DNA of 64,000 nucleotides from Lytechinus pictus (Eukaryota), in NCBI RefSeq assembly GCF_037042905.1, contig NC_087245.1, positions 31,188,001 to 31,252,000 on the forward strand. The letters run 5' to 3'. The translations under genes were made by a program, and so were the position numbers. Below are positions 1-14,182 of this stretch, in pieces. Within the stretch, counting starts at the first letter, position 1; each line of letters starts with the position of its first letter. A model generated the notes under the pieces. The model had not been told where the DNA came from, searched no databases, and worked only from the letters and a program-made list of their open reading frames with translations.

Positions 1-358
1 GAGCAAAGATGATCTGATTGGATGTCGAAGTCACATACATGTAGCGCTCGTGGCATGGATCAAATTAGAATTTGATTGATGCGTCAAACAGGAGTGGCAA
101 TCAGATTAGATGAAGAAAATCTTTGACAATCTAAGGGTATGGTATATTCTGATCTGGAGGAGGGCTGATATCTTGACTGCACAATGTTGAAAATCCATCT
201 AGCTTCTCTATTATAACAGTGTAACCTGCTTCACTAAGAACTGAAGAGAATGAATACCAATCCAGAGACTTTCTATAGACACCCATCTAAAAGGTCCTAT
301 ATATTCATGTTTGTTGGTTTGGTGGAATGATGTGGAATTTTTCTTCTCCTTTCATCAG

Positions 359-3300
359 GGCTGATCAGCAGATATATGGAGAGAGAGGCATGACTCTCTG
401 GAACTGCCTAAAACTGACAGGTCCATTCTGTGCCCTGTGGATGATTACAAACTACATGTACGCTGCGGCTCTCAAGTTCAAGTCGCCAACGGATGTTACG
501 GCACTCTTTGTCACCAATACTGCATTCATCTATGTATTCTCTTGGATTTGGTTGGAGGAACTGCTCATCCTTCTTCCTGCCAGGGTGAGTTTCCTTCTTT
601 TCTCTTTCTCCACATCCTTGTCGCTCATGTTCTTTTCTTTCAATTGCTTCCTCAAACAACTAAAAAAAAAGGAGCATTGTTGATTTTATTGAAATAATTG
701 TGAGATAATTACTTAATTGTTCATTTATCTTTAATACACCAGTCAAATCTGTCTATTAAGGCCATCCAAGGGAAATTGAAAAAGTGGCCACAGGAGGTAG
801 ACCTGTGGCTTTGTATAGATATGTTCTATGAAACGTATTCTGTTTAAAATGAGAGCCTAATTCGACTGAAAACTATTATAATGCATGCTTTTGCTACAGA
901 GAGTTGGTCGTAAGACAGGTTTGACTGTATTTATTTGTTGTGTTTGGTGTTTGTGGTGATTTTTTTTTGCACTATTATTTAATATCTCTTGCACTCTTCT
1001 CAATTGGTCTTCAGTTATGCTCAGTGCTTCTGTCTATTGTGGGTACTGTCTTGATGATGGCAGCCGACGGCTTTGGAGGCGGGAGTGTTATAGGAGTCCT
1101 TTTGGCTTTGGGTGCTGCAATAGGAGCGGCCCTCTACAAGGTAGGTCCAACCTCATTCAGAACCAACAGACCTCATTACAGAATCCGTAATATCTTCTCT
1201 GGCCCATTTTCTGAGCTCAGGTTAAATTTAAACTCTGGAATGGATGTTTCATAAAGCTGTAAGTTACGAGCGACCTAAGGGACAACCAGTGATCCTTTTT
1301 CAGGCACTTAATCAGCATCGATGACAATTTGGTGTATATTATTTACCACGTGAAATGATCACCAGTCGTTCGTAAAGTATCTCGTAACTTATTAACAGCT
1401 TAATGAAACACCCACCTGGTTTAAAGTTGCAGTTAACTGTTGATGGCCAGTTGTAATACACCACCAACAACAACAAGTTCAATTTATTAGCTTATTTGAC
1501 AGTCATTCATAATTGTCTGGGAATGATTACTAAAATAGTTTTCTTGACCATTTAAGCACAAGAAAAGAGCACATGAAACATAAGAAATATACAATGTAAA
1601 TAAAAGTTATTTTCAGCTTCCGATTGTAACTCTAGCACAAAGTTAGGACATTGCAGGTTAACATGAATTCAGAATACCATCCTTTTTTTTTTCAGAGCCA
1701 AATTATATGGAGCGGGATGATGCTAGTCTGTAGCAGTACTTTATAAGAAAGACACTGTTGATTTTTGCCCTCTTTCTGTCATTTACTCTTTCAGTTGAGG
1801 CACGATCTTCAATGTCAACATCTAAGATACATGAATGTTCAAAATGTTTTCTAGATATGACATAGATTACCTAAATTCATTGTTTTCTTGACAATTTGGT
1901 GTGCTCGCCTTTGTTTACAAAGGACATTTTGAAAATTATATGTTGAAAAAATTATGACACTGATGGATTTCCACAGAGTAACGATTGATTGGATCAATCA
2001 TAACTCTTTGTAAGACGGGGTCGTGGTGACCCTTTCTTTTGCTAAATGATATATCCAATGTAGCTGTACTAGAGGAATTTAGCACCTAAGAACATGTTCC
2101 AGTTGTGTCTAAAGTCGTGGATTTTGGGTAACTTTATGAACAGCCTTGTGGTCATTCTATAAGTAAAAGCAGATAAAGTATTGGTAATCAATTAATCACC
2201 TTTCATATTATCACCCCCCCCCCCAGGTTCTGTTCAAACGCTTCTTGGGTGATGCCACCTACGGTCAGGTGTCTCTATTTCTCACCATGCTGGCCCTGCT
2301 CAACCTTGTCCTCCTCTGGCCCATCATGCTCGGCCTCTACTTTGGCAAGCGGGAGACTTTGGACTGGAACAACCTGCCTTGGGCATTCCTCTGCGGGACG
2401 TCAGCTCTTGGTATAGGTTAGTAAAATTTAGCCTTTAATCTGAATGCCCATTAGTTGCAGAAATCAATGATTTCATGGGAAGTCTTTAAAATCAAGTTAG
2501 ATCTAGTTCTGGTTTAGGTACATAAACCTATCTCTTAAACATTAAATCATGAAATATAGGCTGAAAAATGGCCATGACTACATTTCAAGATCACTAACGT
2601 AGATAGGGACATGTGGGATAGTGACTATTATTGCTTGGAAAAGACTTGACATTTGGTTGGAATGTCTTGCTTGTTTTCTTCACCATATTCATACACTTGG
2701 TCCTGGCAAGCCTAAAAAATTAATACAGATTTTGAAAGTTTAAACATGCCTAAATTTGTCTACTTCTGCGAATATCCTGATTAAAGATGTGGAATATTTG
2801 TATGCAGTTGATGGCTTTTACAGGTTACTATTGGAAAATTTCTATCCAAGTAGGCAGTTATATTTATTTTAGTTTAAGTGAAGAGTCTTGTAGGTTGTGG
2901 TTGAAAAAAATAACTTTCAAGAAATTGATGGCTTTTTAAAACTTGTTTGGATAGTTGGAAAATACAGGGAGAGATGTTGTAATGTTTGATCAACTGTTTT
3001 TTTTGGTATATATATTTAGGATGTGTTTTGATAAAACTTTTAGATATATGTACAGCTTTCAACCAAAACATTTTCAATGCTGATAATAGCATTAATCCAT
3101 GAACTGGCCCTTTAAGTTCTTCTATGTCTTCTTATTTGTTTGAAAATGTCTGTCTTAACTTCACATGATTTATTTTCATATGTTTGTGATATTGATATTT
3201 CTGTTTTAAGATGTCGAGGATAACAGCATGCCAATTACTGATGATAGAACCACCCTTCTAAAAGAAGATTTATAAATGAATGAGTAAATGAATATTTCAT

Positions 3301-4445
3301 AATTTCTATTAAAAAAAAAAAATGTTTACCACAGTGATTAGCTTGTGAAATTTGTACCAAATAATTATTTGGAATGAACATGTTTTTAAAATTACATTTT
3401 GATATTTCTCTCTACCACAGTATTCAACTTCCTTGTTAATTTTGGAATAGCTCTCACCTACCCCCTCCTCATCTCCCTGGCTAATATTGTAGGGATCCCA
3501 ATCAATGCAGGTAAGATCAATTCATTTTCATTTCAATTTCTAACAGTGCAATGAGTTTTCACAAGGAATAAAATACAGAACTCTGTACAGTCTTACACTT
3601 TTCATATTCAATAAATTCATTTCTATCATTTTTTCAGCCTAAAATATTAAAAACGACAATGAATAATATACTACATGCAGCACAAATAAATACATATATC
3701 AATACAATAACATTAGCATTATATTGATATACTTCGAGGGTAACAGCCAAAAAGGAGATAAATGTTATCTAGGCCAACCTGATAAATATATGAGTCAAAT
3801 GCGACTAAAATAAAGAATTATTTTGGTGTGGGCATATGTACATATGTCATATTCAGACAAAATACTGTTTAGCCGTTTATATTTTAAAAAATGAAATTGT
3901 GTGTTTCAGTAGTTATATTATTGAACTCTTTCTTCTGTTTATATCAAAAGCTAGAGTTGCTGGATTATGTTTAAAAAATAGTGTGAAGTGATTGTAAATA
4001 GCATTTAAAATTGATTGAAAATGAATCTGTGTTATGAAAATGCACACAACAGAATTAGAGCCTTAATATGAACAATACAATTGAATAGGCACTGTTTCTA
4101 TTGTCTATGTGGAGTGCCGACAGAAGCCAGCCAGTGTTGATGATGGTAGTCGATAATAATGAGGGAAAATTCAAAAATCAAAACAGGCCTGAAATGGATA
4201 TTTGATTGTGCTTTTCCTTTTTCTTTTCCTCAGTGATTGATACAGCATTCCTAGATATGGAGCTGCCTCCTCTTAAAATCGTTGGCGCCCTCCTCATCAT
4301 CGGCGGTTTCATCATCATGCTCCTCCCCGAGACGTGGCAGATAAAGGTGGCTTGCTGGAAGGAAGGCGACGCCCCCTGCAGGCGGAGAGGGGACATGCGG
4401 CGTATACCGAGCGAGGAACTTGAAGAAAGAACCGTGAGGTTGTAG
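359..4445 (+). CDS. SLC35F3/SLC35F4-like solute carrier (putative thiamine transporter family), 3' part; 5' exons lie upstream of the window
   Basis: Exons 359-584, 1015-1140, 2227-2416, 3421-3510, 4234-4445 (TAG), all AG/GT with consistent phases. Peptide includes LWMITNYMYAAALKFKSPTDVTALFVTNTAFIYVFSWIWL, ALYKVLFKRFLGDATYGQVSLFL, VFNFLVNFGIALTYPLLISLANIVGIPINAVID and GFIIMLLPETW, matching recalled SLC35F3/F4 motifs. F3 versus F4 cannot be resolved. Confidence 0.9.
1811..2021. mobile_element. MITE family A, partial copy
   Basis: Internal AAAATTATGACACTGATGGATTTCC and right TIR AACTCTTTGTAAGACGGGG only. Confidence 0.7.
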
Positions 4446-5199
4446 CTGTTTGATGGATGGCGGTGTAGAGAAGTAGTCGTCTAAACAAAACACAGAAGGT
4501 CTGATTTAACAAAGTTTACCTTCTAACTTACAAGCATTGCAACCGTTTGGTACATAGTTCGCCTTGGACTCACCTTTGATATCAGTTGTATTGTGGAGTT
4601 AATCTTTCACGTTAAGGGGCTGTTATGTGATTACAAGCAAGGGAATATATAAAATGCACACCAATGGAATATCATACATTCAAATATTATTAGCTTTTAT
4701 TATGATTTTCATGTGTTAAAATCATCAAGATAGGATGTCTCTGACACAAAAATATGAGTTTTCACAGTTTAGTTTGTAGGATGTGATTGAATTTTGCTGG
4801 AAAATAAAGATTTTTTTCTTCTCTTAATGCATTGGCAGGTATGCAACTCTACTGTGCAAATGCTTGGCAACTTGCAATATTCTGTGCACCCCAGATTTAG
4901 TATTTATGTCATAATGTTGCTAGGAATGTTACGAGACAATAGTGGAGTGTGTGTATTCTGTTCCTCAAGATGGATTTCTTCAGTATTTTACTTGAAGTCT
5001 GTGTGTCCATTTTCTGTCTCAGGTGTGAAGTGGCTATTGGCACTGGTCATTTGAATGTTCATGGGTGTATGAACTCTTTGTTGGTTTGTATGCGTGTGTA
5101 TGTTCCAGTGTGCACTGTGATGAATGTGGGTGAAGAGGAGATGTTTGATTACAGAACCTGATGAATTTAAGGATAATGAATTGGAATGTATTATTAGAA

Positions 5200-5490
5200 A
5201 ATGAATACAATGACGGTCTGCAAATGGAAATTGAAAGTTGCAGATTTTAGTCGCTGGTGGCGACTGGCGATAATGATTTGTATTCCAGTTAGTAGTTGTT
5301 GGAATCTTGCATGAAATGATTGTTGTGGATGCTTGTGACCAAGCAACCAGAGGACCAAATGCTGAAGGTCTCCTCCGAGGGACCTGGTATTGAGGATAAA
5401 TACCTCATCGAAGGGTATTGGTTCACCAAGTGGGAATCGAACCTGGGTCAACGGAATCCGAATTCCCTGCTCTACCGATGGCATGAGCCC
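5200..5490 (-). mobile_element. tRNA-derived SINE
   Basis: Minus strand reads GGGGCTCATGCCATCGGTAGAGC (A-box-like) then CCAGGTTCGATTCCC (B-box), followed by a SINE body (CCAGGTCCCTCGGAGGAGACCTT...). The 3' end is approximate. Confidence 0.65.
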
Positions 5491-7376
5491 CAAGGTCGAT
5501 GTTTAAAAAACAAAATTGATATTATTCATGTTGATGCCTTTATTAAAAAAATATCTTGCTGCCACTACATGGCTTTTAAAAAAATCCTATGTATCTTATG
5601 GCAGCTATCATTGCTTACCTCAAATTGGAAGAGTTTTCCACATGTCTTGAGGTGAGGATTGGGACTTGAGCTGTTATTGTGCCTTCTGTGTTTTTGTTGC
5701 TTTGAGCCTATTGACAACTTGAATTTAAATTAAACCTCCAGAGCGAATTGTTCACATCTAGAAATTGTCAGTGGTATTTATAAATCATGCCTAAAGCAAG
5801 CTCGATTCATCACATAAAACAACCATGTGCTTGCCTAACACTTCTTTGAAAATCCGGACCATTATCACTTCATTTGCTACTATCCATTTAAGAGAATTAC
5901 AGATATCTTTGAAAATATCCGACATCATGTCATTGCATTGTTAACCCGTCGACTACTGAATTATGTAATTCCTATAGACTTTGTGTAGGGACCATCCGGT
6001 TCTAGTAGTGAGCGGGGTAATTAGTGTTGAACATTGCTATATCTTATGGGTGCATGCAAATGAACATGCATGTGTGGCATAGAGTTCTGTAATGCAAAGC
6101 TTATTGATTGATCATAAAATTGATTTTTGTGATTGATTGTACATTATGTTCAGTGCTATCAATTATAAGAATGTGTTCTACATCAATTTGTGAGTTTTAT
6201 ATCACAGGGCCCTTGTTGCTGGTACATCTGTTTGAAAGCTGACATCCAAATGACCTATTGCTATTAATGAGTGAATTACATGTAGATATTTGTTAAAAGT
6301 ACTGTGTATATATCTATAATAATTATAGATATTCTTTTGACCAAATAACTCGGTACATTAAAATGAAGCACAAATATCTATCAGTCTTGTAATTAATCAT
6401 ATATAATTTATTTTGATTGATGTTGAAATAACATATTTGATTTATATAATTTTAGTATAAAATTATGGCTTTTTTAAAAAGTTTTTTCTTTACTGAATGT
6501 TAACCTTATATTTATCCACACAGTATGATTAATATATTTTCAAGCACTGATTATCGGTTTTATTTGTGTTTGCACGGTCTATTCTATAGTGAATAGATTG
6601 ATCTACAATGTGTTTACGTTTACAGTAACTATTTTATATCATTCCATCTTGCATTTTTCATTTGGAATTCTTATATTCAACTCAAAACAAAATATATTTG
6701 TTGCATTCATACATGCTATGAAAATATATTTAAAATGAAATTTAACAGAGATTTTCCCATATTATTTCCACACTTTATGTTTGCACTACCGTATCCATTG
6801 TTTATTCACAGCCTTATTTTCATGAGCACCTTGTGTGTGTAATTTTACAGAATATTCCTCATATTGTTTTCATTATTTTAAGTTTATTTCAAATTGCAAT
6901 TTTTGAAGACAATTTCTCTGGTGAAGTGGTTTTATGCATGTATTTTATTTTTAGCAGTGGTGTATACTGCAGGGTGTCTTGTTCTCGGGAGGGTTAACGG
7001 CAAGGGCTGGATAACTGATTTTGAAACATGCATGACATCTGTTTATATGCTGGATGAATGAAAGCAAACTGCTATCTCCCTTGTTGTGTATACCCCTTTC
7101 TTTTATTGAGCCAGTACGACCAAAATGTTACGGAAGCCAGAAGTGTTTTCCTTTTGTACCAAGAATTTTGCCTGCGTGTGCTGTTTTCATTTATAACCAA
7201 AACACTTCTGAAGGACTCTTTTTTTTGGGGGGGGGGGTGGGGGGTTCACATCCTAACCAATTTAAAATATGAACTGTTGCTGCAAGGAAATATCATGTTA
7301 TTGCGTAAAAGCATGATTAAACATGTTTACTGTAGTTATTTTTCTATTGTAGACTTTCTTCCTGAAATGTACGTCT

Positions 7377-7636
7377 GGGCCCCGTCTTACAAAGAGTTAC
7401 GATTGATCAAATCAACCACAACTATGGAAAGCCAGCAATAAAACATTTTATTTAAACAAAATATTTTCTAGATATTGTGTATATTCAATAATTCAGTTTT
7501 CTTGAAAATTCAGCGTGCTTCTCTTTATTTGCGAAGGACATTGTGCAAATTTCCCAAAGAAAAAATTATGACGTTGATGGATTTCCATATACTTGAGGTT
7601 GATCGGATCAATCGCAACTCTTTGTAAAGATGGGGC
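7377..7636. mobile_element. MITE family A (about 260 bp)
   Basis: TIR GGCCCCGTCTTACAAAGAGTTACGATTGATC at both ends; seven copies in the window. Confidence 0.8.
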
Positions 7637-8990
7637 AAACGTTGTGAGCCTTGAAGCAGCTGTGGTTTATAATAAAGAGTGATTTTTTATAAATCTTTTA
7701 ACAAACAAGAAGAAGAAGAAATTGAAGTTTCAATGCAATGTTTTTTTTTTTTAGTGTTAGGTCCACTCAGTTGATGAGGTTTCATTCATTCTTTTGAAAA
7801 ATTGTCCTCCATGGTTTATGAACCAACGATGAATTATCTGAGAGACATGGAAATCGTCCCAAAAGTAATATATTGTTCCAAGCTCGGCATAGATCTTGAG
7901 GCTAATGTACATTTACAAATGTATTTAATAAATAGTTCATCATCTGTTAGCAAACACAAAGAGTTTTGTCTTATTCAACCTTAAACTGCACATTTATTTT
8001 GAGTTTCTCACCCGCACTTGTGTATTAAGACTCGTGTTAGTAACATATTATTTTCATACTGTGCATTTTGTGTTACAGCCGCACAACTAAATAAACCACA
8101 TGTATACATACCACATATAAAATTTACTGCTGTAAGTTTAGGTTTTCTCTTCAGCAATGGCCAGATACACTAGGTGAAAATTTGGTGATTGGCAAAAAGA
8201 ATATTGATAATTCATGTCATTCTGCGCATTCTGTGTTGTTACAGCTGTACTGCTGTTACTTGAATGTACATAATGCATGTTAAAGTCATTGCTGTAGGCT
8301 AGGTTTTGTTCTCTTCTGCAGCAACGACCAGATACACTAGGTGAAATTTTTGTGATGAGTGACTCGCAAAATACATGTAAGCAAAAAAAATAAGACTGCT
8401 GATAAGTTTGACTTCTTGTCGTGCCCCATTATCTGCTCAGAAGGTGGGGACTCGGCCCAAGCTATATAATATGTCCTCTCGAGTGTCGACTGAAAGCGTA
8501 GTTTGAAATCAAGTGGACGGAAGGGCTTTCATTTCCAATTTTCCACGTTATACAGGGTGTACCTTACTAGCCAGATAATCTGCCTTTTCAAAATTATGTA
8601 AAACACAGAGAATAAGGTTTTTTTTGTATATGAACTGAATGGTTTCGATGAAATTGTATGTATGTTCAACTAGGTGTTTTTTATGTGAGACAGACATTGT
8701 GTGTAATGTTTTCTGAAATACTCGACAAGGATTTGAATGGATGTTTGTCCTTTGATAATAAGGAAGGTTAATAAATTTTGTACTTTTTGTCACCGACAGG
8801 AATACTGGTCAGGTGTTGTCTTTATCTGATTATGTAGAGTATTAGTCCATGGCTCTGTAACACATGGTTAGCAATCAATCACTGAATGTAAACGACCAAT
8901 CAAGATCATCGTTGCATGCACATTCGGCTCTATCCACTGAGCAGGATCCAATCAAAATCATTCTTTCATATCTGTAATTGATTGCAAGCC

Positions 8991-9640
8991 TTTGTGTTAC
9001 AGGGCCCAGGATAGTATTTCATGGAGCTTCTTGTTAGCTTTACTAGCTGATTCAGCCCCCACCCCATTGACATTTCACGATAAATATGCTGCGCAAAATC
9101 TGTTTACTGCGTCGCTCTCTGACTTTTTACTTTTGAGACCAAAATTGCGACCCCCGGGTATTAGGTTTCGAAATTACACAACATTTTGTAAGTGCATGCA
9201 GACCCAAAATTGCTCAATAACGTGAATTTGTGTTACAAATCCATTGCAAAAAGGGTTTTTAGCCAAAATTCATAAATATATTTTTCTTTTCAATGATTTC
9301 AATTCGTGTTTGTGTTACAGGGCCCAGGGTAGTATTTCATGGAGCTTCTTGTTAGCTTTACTAGCTGATTCAGCCCCCACCCCATCGACATTTCACGATA
9401 AATATGCTGCGCAAAATCTGTTTACTGCGTCGCTCTCTGACTTTTTACTCTCAAGTCTCGTGCAACTTTTGAGACCAAAATTGCGACCCCCGGGTATGCG
9501 GTTTCGAAATTACACAACATTTTGTAAGTGCATGCAGACCCAAAATTGCTAAATAACGTGACTTTGTGTTACAAATCCATTGCAAAAAGGGTTTTTAGCC
9601 AAAATTCATAAATATATCATTTTTCTTTTCAATGATTTAA
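8991..9640 (+). repeat. Recent direct tandem duplication of about 320 bp
   Basis: 8991-9303 and 9310-9640 are nearly identical; copy 1 lacks a short segment (CTCTCAAGTCTCGTGCAA) present in copy 2. Confidence 0.85.
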
Positions 9641-11017
9641 ATCAATTTCATCTTGTTTATAAAAGTCCCCGACAATTTCCATTGAAAAAACAAAAAGTTG
9701 AAAACAGAAATGCATAAAATTAAATACATCATAAAATAAACGTGATGTTAAATTTTTTTTTGTACATTTGATCAGATGACTATTATTAGTCTGAACCAAA
9801 AATTACCATTTTGGGGGCATTATTTAGTTCATCAGAGCAAACTTGATTTTACGCATCAATTAGCATAATTAACTTGCCATGAGATTTTTCACAGAATTTG
9901 ATCTTATAGTTTTGTAGATCATGCCATGGGTAATGTGGGTGCCATTTTTTGTTGCAATCAACAACCGAGATCATAAGGGGGGGCTGAATCAGCCCCCCCC
10001 CCCCCAGTCTACTTAGGCATCAAAATAGCCCAGTGGTGGGTGGGTGCATCACAATCTGTTCGCATGTTACTTTGTGCGCAAATTGTGACCCTTTCTTTAG
10101 ATAAACGATTTCTCCCTATGAAACGTGTTCCAGTCGTCCATCAAGATGTGCGTAACAGCTTTATAAAACACCCACTGGGTGAATGGTTCATGACGCTTGA
10201 ATAAGGTAGAGATGTGACGAGGGAGAAGTGACAAGGTTCCCAGCCCATCAGGGAAAATTATTTTACTTTTTTCCAGTCGGGGGAAAAATCAGAAAATTTG
10301 ATTTTAAAAATACCTTAAATCCGGGGAAAATGCCTCAAATGAGGGAAAAATCAGGGAATTTTGATTGGCCCATAAGTCGAAAGCACGGTAGTCAGTCAGC
10401 ATATCACAACATCATCCATTGAATGACTAGTTATGGTGGTACTAATTAGTTTTTACATTGTTTTTATACTGAAAATACATGTAATTCACTGCAACAACTT
10501 AGAAAACATGTGAAACTGGGAATGGGTTTAAATAATTATCAGGGAAAGTTTGTTTTCTTGAAAAGCTGGGAACCCTGAGTGAGCTCATGAAATGGAAGGT
10601 CATTTGAACGGAATACACAAACAGAGTGTCAGGAGTGAGAGAGAGGGACAGAAAAGGGCCAACAATTAATACAAGAGGGGAAGCAGACGAGAGAGAAGGT
10701 AGTACGAATGAGCTATATGAGGATCAAAATGAGAGGGAAATAAAAATCTCAAGAGAGCATTGAGACCATTATTGACATTGACATTCAACAGGCTTATTAA
10801 TATTCATGAGGCACTCTCCCTGAAAACATGAATATTCATGATTACAAGTTCAGGGTACGACTAATATAAAAACACACTTTTGAGTAGCATTCAACTCCTT
10901 GTGGGGCAGTGGTAAAGAGACTATTTATTTTGATGGAAAGGTTTGAGGTTCAAATCAAAGGCGGGTGGTGTTAATTCTTTTTATAAATTAAATATATGGG
11001 GTATCAATAGCATTTAT

Positions 11018-12101
11018 CAGTCAGACCGCAGGTCCCTATGCTAATGAGCAAAAAGGCCAGATTCATCCAAATCATCTCGTGGCTGAATCCTCCTCCTTGC
11101 AAAATCTCGTGATTCGTGAGATTTTCTTTCTCTAAGAATTTACCTGTTTTTACCTCAAGTTAAATGAAATATTATTGCACCATCAGATAGAGTAAAAGTT
11201 ACTCTTTCATATTGGTCATTTATTTTGTATACAATATTTTGTTAAATAAGTAAATTTCTGGCCTGAAAATGTGCCTCAAAACTGAATTTTCTTCCTCTGT
11301 TTTCTTTTGCAAATTGTGCAAAACTTTTTATTTTGAGCCTCAATGATATTTATATCAACATAAAGCTGAACTTCTGTACTTTCTCACAATGCCACTCTTG
11401 ATATGCAGCACCTTTTAATCGGGTCAAGATCACACTTTTCCCACCAAGGTACAAGACGAGATTTCTGAAATTTTGTACTTGCATGAAATCCAGAGTTCTG
11501 ATTGGCTGGATAAGATTCACAGAACAACAGGCGCGGTGTATTTGAGGAGATTACCACATGGGAAGTGTGACCTTCCCACGAACCCAGGCACTGGAACCGT
11601 TGGAATTCGCCAGTGTGCGGTCTCTTTGACCAATCAGAGTGCAGTATTCTTGTTTTCAAGCTGCTTTATGTACTTGGCAAATGAAAAGTGTGATCTTGAC
11701 CCGATTAAACCAATTCTTATTTTGAAACCTATATCATTTCAAAGCATACATATTCAGCTTTATCATGATATAAAAATCATTTGGGCTCAAACAAAAATAA
11801 AGTGTGAAAATAGCAGCTTTTGTCAGGTGAAAATATTTATTTTGTAGCATATTTTAGATCAAAATTTTAACCTATATTACAAAATCTTTGAATAAATCCA
11901 AACACATGACCTGAAAGAATGATTCTTCTTTTTTACAATGGTACCAAATTCATGAAATTCGATGCACAATTAGAGCAGCAATGACCAAATGAAAAGAGGT
12001 GTTTTGGTCCGCATCAAGCTCATTAAATATGCAAAACATCTCAAGTCATGAATATCACTTGGATGAAAGAAGCCACTTTCTTGGGACCTGCAGTCTGACT
12101 G
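11018..12101. mobile_element. 1.08-kb foldback non-autonomous DNA transposon with 4-bp TTAT direct repeats
   Basis: TIR CAGTCAGACCGCAGGTCCC / GGGACCTGCAGTCTGACTG; TTAT at 11014-11017 and 12102-12105. Inner perfect IR TCGGGTCAAGATCACACTTTTC (11419) / GAAAAGTGTGATCTTGACCCGA (ends 11704). Confidence 0.75.
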
Positions 12102-13997
12102 TTATTCCGCTGATGACGTATTTGCAAACCTGACAAAGTTGTTCATTAATGAGCCTGCCAAATCTACACAAGTATACTGTCATAGAGAAGAGGGTCGAGG
12201 AAAAAAATTAGGATATGGTCCGTGGAGTGTACAATTTATGATCATTAGCACATGGGGCAATTTTGTCTGGAGACATCTGAATACTACGAACAAATGGGAG
12301 AGCCTCTTTCAGTTTTGCAAGCATGAAATTCAATATATGCAGGTTTGTTGACTCTGTGACACTGAAATATCCAACATTTTTTTCTTTTCCATTCATACAA
12401 TGTAATATTCCAAGGCAACAAAGGGGCTGTTCTTAATGTCCTATTGACAGGCCCCACTGTTCCTCCTTATTTTGGGGAAACATTTGGTGCCTTTTTTTAT
12501 TTTGCCCATTTGTGATGAAATAAAAAATGTGCACTTTAGAAATAATGAAAATATTTGTTAAACGCTCATGTGAAAATATGTACGTAAACACTCAACATAC
12601 TATTTGACAGACACAAAATTCGACTAAAATGAAAGAAACGTCACACAGTCCAAATAAGTCTACTACTACCTTTAATGGTAAAAAGATGATAGAAAATTCA
12701 TTGCAATAAATACTGCCCATAAATAATGTGAAGTCATATACTTGTATCCCATAGAAAGTTAAATACAATTTAAAAAACAAAACAAAAAAATTTGACGAGT
12801 TTTACAAACTTATGATTCTCTGGACGACACTTTCTTGTACAGCACAATTTGTCCATGTAACTGCAGTTTCTTTGAAACATGAAATGATAAAGATATACAC
12901 TGGACAAAATTTTATGTGGAGCACAATTTTTATCTGCCATTACTTTCTTTGAAAATGAAATCATAAAGATATACATTTATCTCGTTTTAATATACACAGC
13001 AAAAACAATATTGGTCAAATGTCTAATTGCACAATGTGATAATAAGTAAATACATGTACATGTATGTACTTTTTCCCTAGGGATAAAAATGAAAAGGCCT
13101 CCCAAATCACACTTCGAAAATACAATAATTGTCTTTTTTTCAATTTTCCTTATTGCATTAAGATTCATTTTGGTCCAGAATACAAAGGTAGTGATACTGC
13201 ATTTATGATACTTCCATTACTTTAGCAAATATTGATGATAAGCCTTGCAAGATTACAAAACAAAAGGATATAATGCAGCAAATTCCATACTACAAATGAA
13301 CGTGATTGGAATATATAAATGATATTTCAAGAAACTTTCAAATAGATAAATAAATGTTATTTCAATGTATTAGCACAAAACCTATACCCATGTTTCCATA
13401 TCATATTTCAAATATATACCCATTTTTTTTATTATTTAAGATGTTTCCTCCATGATACTTTTCTTTGCTTCTAATTTTTCAAATTTCAAACAAATAATAG
13501 TAATATTAAAGATGTTTACAGTATTCAGAGAGAACAAATAGATCCAATACCTTTATACTCAATCTAAGGTCACATCAAAAACTTATTTCTAAAAGTGATC
13601 TTTTTACATAAATATTAAAACGATGAAAGACATACTCTATTTCTAGTTACCTAAACATGTACATACTGCAAGTAATTGTAAAATCATGCTAAATTTAAAT
13701 TTTGAGTATCTGTTATATTTATGGTACAATAGTTTAACATGCACAAACATTTGCTCATTAAATGCTACAATGATTCAACATGCATGCTATTGTGAACTAC
13801 ATATTAAATGTTTTTCAACAAATCATTTATTGCTGGTAAATACAAATATGAAGATATTATACAAAGAGTTAAATTATACAGTACATGTGCATGGATATCC
13901 ACATGTAAATTGTGGATTTTCCTGAATCCAAAATCAGAATTTTACCTGAAAGCTGACACACTTGTAGTAGTACTTGATATGATAACCTTTTTATTAG

Positions 13998-14182
13998 TTT
14001 CACAGAAAAAGGTTATTGAAGTACTTCAGAATCATTTGATAAAATGCTTAAGCTTCAAGTGAAGATATTACGAATATTCATTCATTTTCAAGCTACATTG
14101 GTTTCATAGAAAGAGGTTATTGAAGTACTTCAGAATCCTTTGATAAAGTGCTTAAGCTTCAAGTGAAGATATGAATATTCAT
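13998..14182 (+). repeat. Direct duplication of about 80 bp
   Basis: GGTTATTGAAGTACTTCAGAATC...GCTTAAGCTTCAAGTGAAGATAT occurs twice, about 104 bp apart. Confidence 0.8.
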
